DNA of 64,000 nucleotides, taken from Antedon mediterranea (taxonomy: Eukaryota; Animalia; Echinodermata). The DNA lies in assembly GCF_964355755.1 (NCBI RefSeq), contig NC_092673.1:33725648-33789647 (forward strand). Reading direction: 5' to 3'. Position numbers and translations under genes: made by a program. This document shows, piece after piece, positions 58,107 through 64,000 of the stretch (positions within the stretch are counted from its first letter, which is position 1; each line of letters begins with the position of its first letter). The notes beneath the pieces were generated by a model. The model was not told the DNA's origin, made no database searches, and was given only the letters and a program-made list of their open reading frames with translations.

Positions 58107-60930
58107 TAGTGGAGTCTGTTAGGGCTGAAATAAGGGTGTTTGGTTCAGTTTCTTCCAAAAGCACCAAATTTGGTATACAGGTTGCCCACCCTATACAAAT
58201 TCAATTTTTGATGGGCGCCAAGCAAAATGACCCCTTGTGTCACCTAATTTGCATAATTTAAAATGGCGGACATTTTCGCTTAAACAGTCTATATCTCTAA
58301 AAATACTGGTCATAGAGAGTTGATTTTTAGCCCAAAATGTTCAGAACATAACATTCCTATTTACTCTAATGAAGTTTTTTTTTTTAAAAATGACCGGAAG
58401 TACCAGTTTTAACCTTTGACCCATATTTTAAGGCATTGCCATATCTCAGTAAATAGTTGTCACAGACAGTTTATTTAAGTGTCAAATTGTTCAGAATATA
58501 TATGTTACTATTTAATTTAATGAAACATTTTATCCAAAAATGACCGGAAGTACTCAGTTTTGCCTTTGACCGTTACGATGTAATTACCAGTCTTGTTACG
58601 GTTAATATATTTTGATATCCATAAAACTACTTGTCATAGAGAGTTAATGTTGGTGTCAAAATGTTCAGAACATAAACATTTCTATTTACTATAATAAAGT
58701 TTTTTCTCAAATAATGACCAGAAATACCATATTTGACCTTTGACCTGTTTTTTCAGGCAAATTGCCATATCTCATTATTGGGTTGGAGTGGAAAGTTCAT
58801 TTTGGTGTCAGATTGTTCAGAATATATATGTTTCTATTCTGCTTAATAGACGACTTTTCAAAAAAATGTCAGGAAGTATAGTTATTGACTTGTTAAATAC
58901 ATAAAATTTATAAATTTGTTCAGTTAATTGTATAGTTAACTGTATATTTATGATATTATTTTGCAACCCACTTTTGAGCACTTGTCGAAGATGGCTGCTT
59001 GCATGTGCAATTGAACAAAGTATACTGAACAAAGTTGAATAGATTGTCCTATTTGTAGTAGAGTAATGTAAATGAGAAATGAGAAAATTGTATATACAAA
59101 AAATACCCAATCTCATCTAATCGAGTACTTAAATGAAGTCTTCCACATATTTAGCAATAATGTGTAGGCCTACTGATGAAATCCAGTAAAAGTTTTGTTT
59201 TGGAAAGTTAGTGTTTCCGTCACTTGTGTTTGCTGTTGCATAACAATTTCATGTTGCTACATTTCTCTTTGTTGCCATAACACGAACAACCACTGAATGG
59301 GGAAAAGACACCGAAGATTTCTGTCCTCCAGACATAAGTCATCCAAGGACCGTCCAGCTTGGTGGTTCTCAAAGATTTTCAAATTAAAAAAAAAAAGCTC
59401 AGCTCATCAATACATTATGTTACACAAGCCAAGAGTTGTTACCAACTCCAATATAACAACAATTTAACATTTACTAATCAACCAAAAATCAAGTAAAAAG
59501 GCAATAATGAAAAAGATGTTACTAAGGCGTAATGTCATAAGTAACAAAACTGTAATACCCAAATCGTGTCCAGATGATGGCCACATTTTTAAAAATTAAA
59601 ATTCGAGAATTCTGCCAAGTTTGGCGGACCAAGGATTACTTTAGGTCTGGTGGAAAAAATATTTTTCAGTTGTGGTTCGTGATATGGCAACAGTAGTCTA
59701 GTTTTTATATTGTGCATCCCGAAAATGTCCATCCTTTTAATTAGTAGGTTATACCCCAGTTTGAAGGCCCTTTAAAGAAAGATACTCAGCAAAGAAATGC
59801 AATATAGGACAATTACCCTGAATGTAACAACCAAACAAACACAAGTGATGGAAACACTAACTTTCCAAAACAAAATTTGAATAGATTTCATCAGTAAACA
59901 TTATTGCTAAATGTGTAGAAGACTTCATTTAAGTACTCGATTAGATGAGAATGAGATTGGGTATTTTTTGTCTATACAATTTTCTCTCATTTGCGTTACT
60001 CTAGACTCATTACAAATAGGACTATATTCAACTTCATTCAGTATACTTCGTTCAATTGCACATGCAAGTAGCCATCTTCGACAAGTGCTCAAAAGTGGAT
60101 TGCAAAATAATATAAATATACAGTTAACTTGAACAAATTTATAATTTTATGTATGTAACAGGTCAACTGTACTTCCTGACATTTTTTGGAAAAAACTTCT
60201 ATTAAACATAATAGTAACATATATATTCTGAACAATCTGACACCAAAATGAACTTTCCACGCAACCCAATAATGAGATATAGCAATTTGCCTGAAAAAAC
60301 AGGTCAAAGGTCAAATATGGTATTTCTGGTCATTATTTTAGAAAAAACTTTATTATAGTAAATAGAAATGTTTATGTTCTGAACATTTTGACACCAACAT
60401 TAACTCTCTATGACAAGTAGTTTAATGGATATCAAAATATATTAATCATAAAAAGATTCGTAATTACACCGTAATGGTCAAAGGCAAAACTGAGTACTTC
60501 CGGTCATTTTTGGATAAAATGTTTCATTAAACTAAATAGTAACATATATATTCTGAACAATTTGACACTTAAATAAACTGTCTGTGACAACTATTTACTG
60601 AGATATGGCAATGCCTTAAAATATGGGTCAAAGGTTAAAACTGGTACTTCCGGTCATTTTTTTCAAAAATACTTCAATAGAGTAAATAGGAATGTTTATG
60701 TTCTGAACATTTTGAGCTAAAAATCAACTCTCTATGACCAGTAGTTTCAGAGATATAGACTGTTTAAGCGAAAGTGTCCGCCATTTTAAATTATGCAAAT
60801 TAGGTGACCCAAGGGGTCATTTTGCTTGGCGCCCATCAAAAATTTAATTTGTATAGGGTGGGCGACCTGTATACCAAATTTGATGCTTTTGGAAAAAAGT
60901 GAACCAAAATATCCCTAACAGACTCCACTA
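58107..60930. mobile_element. non-autonomous DNA transposon with ~1.1-kb TIRs, TAG...CTA termini and 3-bp TSD GAC (Academ-like)
   Basis: GAC|TAGTGGAGTCTGTTAGGG...CCCTAACAGACTCCACTA|GAC; arms about 58107-59232 and 59836-60930 are reverse complements. Confidence 0.85.
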
Positions 60931-61079
60931 GACCCCACATTTTAAAGCTTAAGCTTTCAGTGGGGTACCCCTTTTCTCATTTATTATGTATTATTTTAGA
61001 AAATGTTTTCTGTACTTTGTTTTTATTTAAGAAATTATTATCATTCATTATTGATTGATAAAAAAAAATCACACAATAC

Positions 61080-61298
61080 ATCAAGTGTGGTGATGGTGAT
61101 GAGTATAGTTTTGGAGCAAACAAAGTACAAGAAAGAGGAAACATCTAATTTCATCAAGTGTGGTGATGGTGATGAGTATAGTTTTGGAGCAAACAAAGTA
61201 CAAGAAAGAGGAAACATCTAATTTCATCAAGTGTGGTGATGGTGATGAGTATGGTTTTGGAGCAAACAAAGTACAAGAAAAAGGAAACATCTAATTTC
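61080..61298. repeat. 73-bp tandem repeat, 3 copies
   Basis: tcaagtgtggtgatggtgatgagtat... at 61081, 61154, 61227. Confidence 0.95.
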
Positions 61299-62149
61299 AA
61301 CATTCTTGAATGTACATAATCTAATCAGTTTGCAATTAAAAAGATGAATTAATAAACAGAATTAGTCGGGTCATATGGCTTTGTAATATCCGAGTCATTA
61401 TCAACTGAAGGTTAGAATCTTTACTGATGGTGGGGAATATCGGGCAATTGTGCAAATAGTGTGAAGTGTATCTTGGTAGTTGGATGGTAGGAACTGGGGT
61501 TTAAGAAGGTGACAGAATTTCCTGCATCCAACTACATTTTTATACCCTAAATATAGACACAACTTAAACCATAAACTATTAAACTATAAACAGAACTTAA
61601 CCATTCACTTTCTAGATTATCTTTTTATCTGAAGTTTCACAAGGAATACAGATACCACATTTAAATGTCCTGTCCGTGCACAAAAACTGAGCCCATTAAA
61701 CAGAACACCTTTTTGAATTTAAAATTATACTGCATCGCCATTCCTGTGAGTGATCTTAAAATTAAAAATCTATAGTACTCTTGTATAAACCAATATTTGT
61801 TATATTATAATTATGTGCTGCTTCACAAAATACTGTTTAATTTTCAATAATACATTTCAAACAGCCAATAGCACCCATCTATACATGGGGATACTCAATA
61901 AACCTAAGCTTGCTATTTCCTAGTTTAAATCCTAACCCTAAGCTACATTTGTATAATAAATCAATTTAGAAATTAATATTGGAAAGAAGAAGTATTTTAA
62001 AGTTGGTCAAGTATACTAACTTGATGAAAACAAAACTACTGCATTTCTGATATCAACTTTGCAAGTAGATGAATGATACTTTGCTTATCAGGAAATTGGT
62101 TAAAATCTACATAAATAACAGCATCCTGTTTTATGCTTGTTAGCTTTCA

Positions 62150-62500
62150 AGATTTACAAATGTTCGCAGTAAATAATTCTAGTGAATCGAAATGTTCGCA
62201 AGACAAAAAATAATTTATGATTCTAATATTGGCAGTAAATAGTTTTAATAAATCTAATGTTTTAATAATTAAAATAATTATAATGAATGTAATGTTAGCA
62301 GTAAATTTTAATAAATAACAAATCTCGCCAAAAAAATAGTTTTAATGGAACTAAAGTTTGCAGTAAATAATTTTAATGAATATAAAGTTTGCTGTAAATA
62401 ATTTTAATGAATATAAAGTTTGTAGGAAACTATTTTAATGAATCTAATTTTTCCTGTAAATAATTTTTATGAATATAATGTTCACAGTAAACAATTTTTG
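62150..62500. repeat. degenerate ~30-bp AT-rich minisatellite
   Basis: Recurring gttngcagtaaataattttaatgaat. Confidence 0.75.
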
Positions 62501-64000
62501 TAGAATTTCTGAAATAAATAAATTTAAAGTAAAGTTTTGACAATCAAGACCGGAATCAATTGAGGTTTTCTTTTTGTGGTTTTTTGAAAAGACTAATTTT
62601 TGTTGGCGAGTTCAACCGTATTCTCTCGTTCTTTTATTCATTACAAAATATTTGTTCAATGCATTATAGTTAGACAATAAAACAAGCACAATATCAATAT
62701 CTCACTGATATAAAACAAAGTCAAAATGACATTTAAAAAAGAAAGCAAACAAGCATTTTTATGTCTGACTCATCTGAACGCAAACGTTTGCCAAGACAAA
62801 AGAAATATGTAACTGTTACTGTTCTCGATATGATAGTTAAATTATTTTCTCCTCCAGATTTTCGATTGAAGTTGTGGAGTTCTGTTTACATACATTATAT
62901 TTATTTAACTACTGTAAATATATAATAATAACAAATATTTTAGGTAAAAAATCACATCTTCTTGTGAGTAAGATAGATTACAACAAAGTATATTGATCAA
63001 AAGGCTGACAAAATTCAACAGTTCTTTTCAGAACTTAATATATGTGGTGTACCGCAAACTTTATATCACCATATTGATTACATTAGTTTGGAAATGATTT
63101 GCATACAAGTGTTATTCAAAACATTAGGTGGTAAAAAAATGCTTTTGGGCACAAACCATTTAAAAACTGTTCATTATAGTATGATTCATCTTCTGACTAT
63201 CTAATAAACATCTGAAACTGTGCAAAACTTTTCAATTCTATTTTCACTTGTTACAATCATCATGTGCTGAGATACAAAAATCAGCTGAGCTTTGTTTACA
63301 AGTGTTGTATGACCTCTTAAGGTCAGCTACAGTTTCCCATGATGCAAGTTGGACTACAAATGGCATACAAAAATAAGAATAAGTAAACATTGCCAAAACA
63401 TGACACATATTTGGGCTGGTCTGAAATGACTGATCATAATATATTTTTAAAAAATATAAAATAATTTTGGGAAAGTTTTAGAAAACTATTATGACTATAA
63501 TTAATAAAATAATTAAAGACACCTAAAACAATAATTTAAAAAATGTTATGTAATATTGTATACACCAGTAAGAATATGTAATTGTATGTTGCAGTGATGT
63601 CTAAGTGTAAGTAATTAGCCACAGCTGTATCAGCTATAGATTGTATAACTTGATAACTAAGAACCTGTTACGCCAAGCCACACATAAATGTTTTCACTTT
63701 GAAATGTTTTCTAATAAATTGAATGTTAAGAAAGAAGACTGTCAAGATGCGAAAAAAAAATCACATACAAAAAAAAGAGATGGGGTAGTAGAATAAAACT
63801 GATTTCTTCTCAAAATCAGTTTAAAATGGAAGAAGGTTGGGATATAGAATAGATTTTTTAGTTATAGGGAAATAGAATAGATTTAAATATAGAAATCCAA
63901 CAACACTTTTTGTTTAAATGTGTGTTCAAGTAAAAGAAGATGAGAAATGTAACCACAATTGTTTGAAGAGGGTGCAGAAAATAAAAACACAGTTGTTAAA

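Noticed and set aside
58817-60132. Two similar ORFs (58817-59116 minus, 59911-60132 plus) suggesting duplicated genes
   Set aside because: They are mirror images within the two TIR arms of the foldback element.
61003-61290. Short ORFs including a His-run
   Set aside because: They derive from the 73-bp tandem repeat; the period is not a multiple of 3.

Overview
AT-rich, intron-containing animal genomic DNA (invertebrate-like; the species cannot be fixed from the sequence). Three spliced genes were reconstructed by hand with consistent GT-AG junctions and phases. (1) On the minus strand, the first 17 exons (874 codons, 30726 down to 401, continuing off the window) of a TSPN/LamG-domain collagen, probably fibrillar clade B/C (COL5/11/24/27-like). 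(2) Head-to-head with it, a complete 8-coding-exon deoxyhypusine synthase (DHPS, 368 aa, 31900-37168). (3) A FAM78-family gene (45342-53184), with a probable extra in-frame upstream exon at 43531-43609. The rest is rich in non-autonomous mobile DNA: tRNA- and 5S-headed SINEs with a shared Nin/Deu-like core but swapped tails, LINE 3' fragments, PIF/Harbinger-type MITEs (some self-nested), nested Mutator-like foldback elements with 9-bp TSDs, a 2.8-kb Academ-like element with ~1.1-kb TIRs, a 28-bp palindrome with a 7-bp TSD, and many minisatellites. There is no CRISPR array and no intact rRNA or tRNA gene. The most notable leads are the DHPS-collagen divergent pair, the atypical collagen, and the modular and nested transposons.
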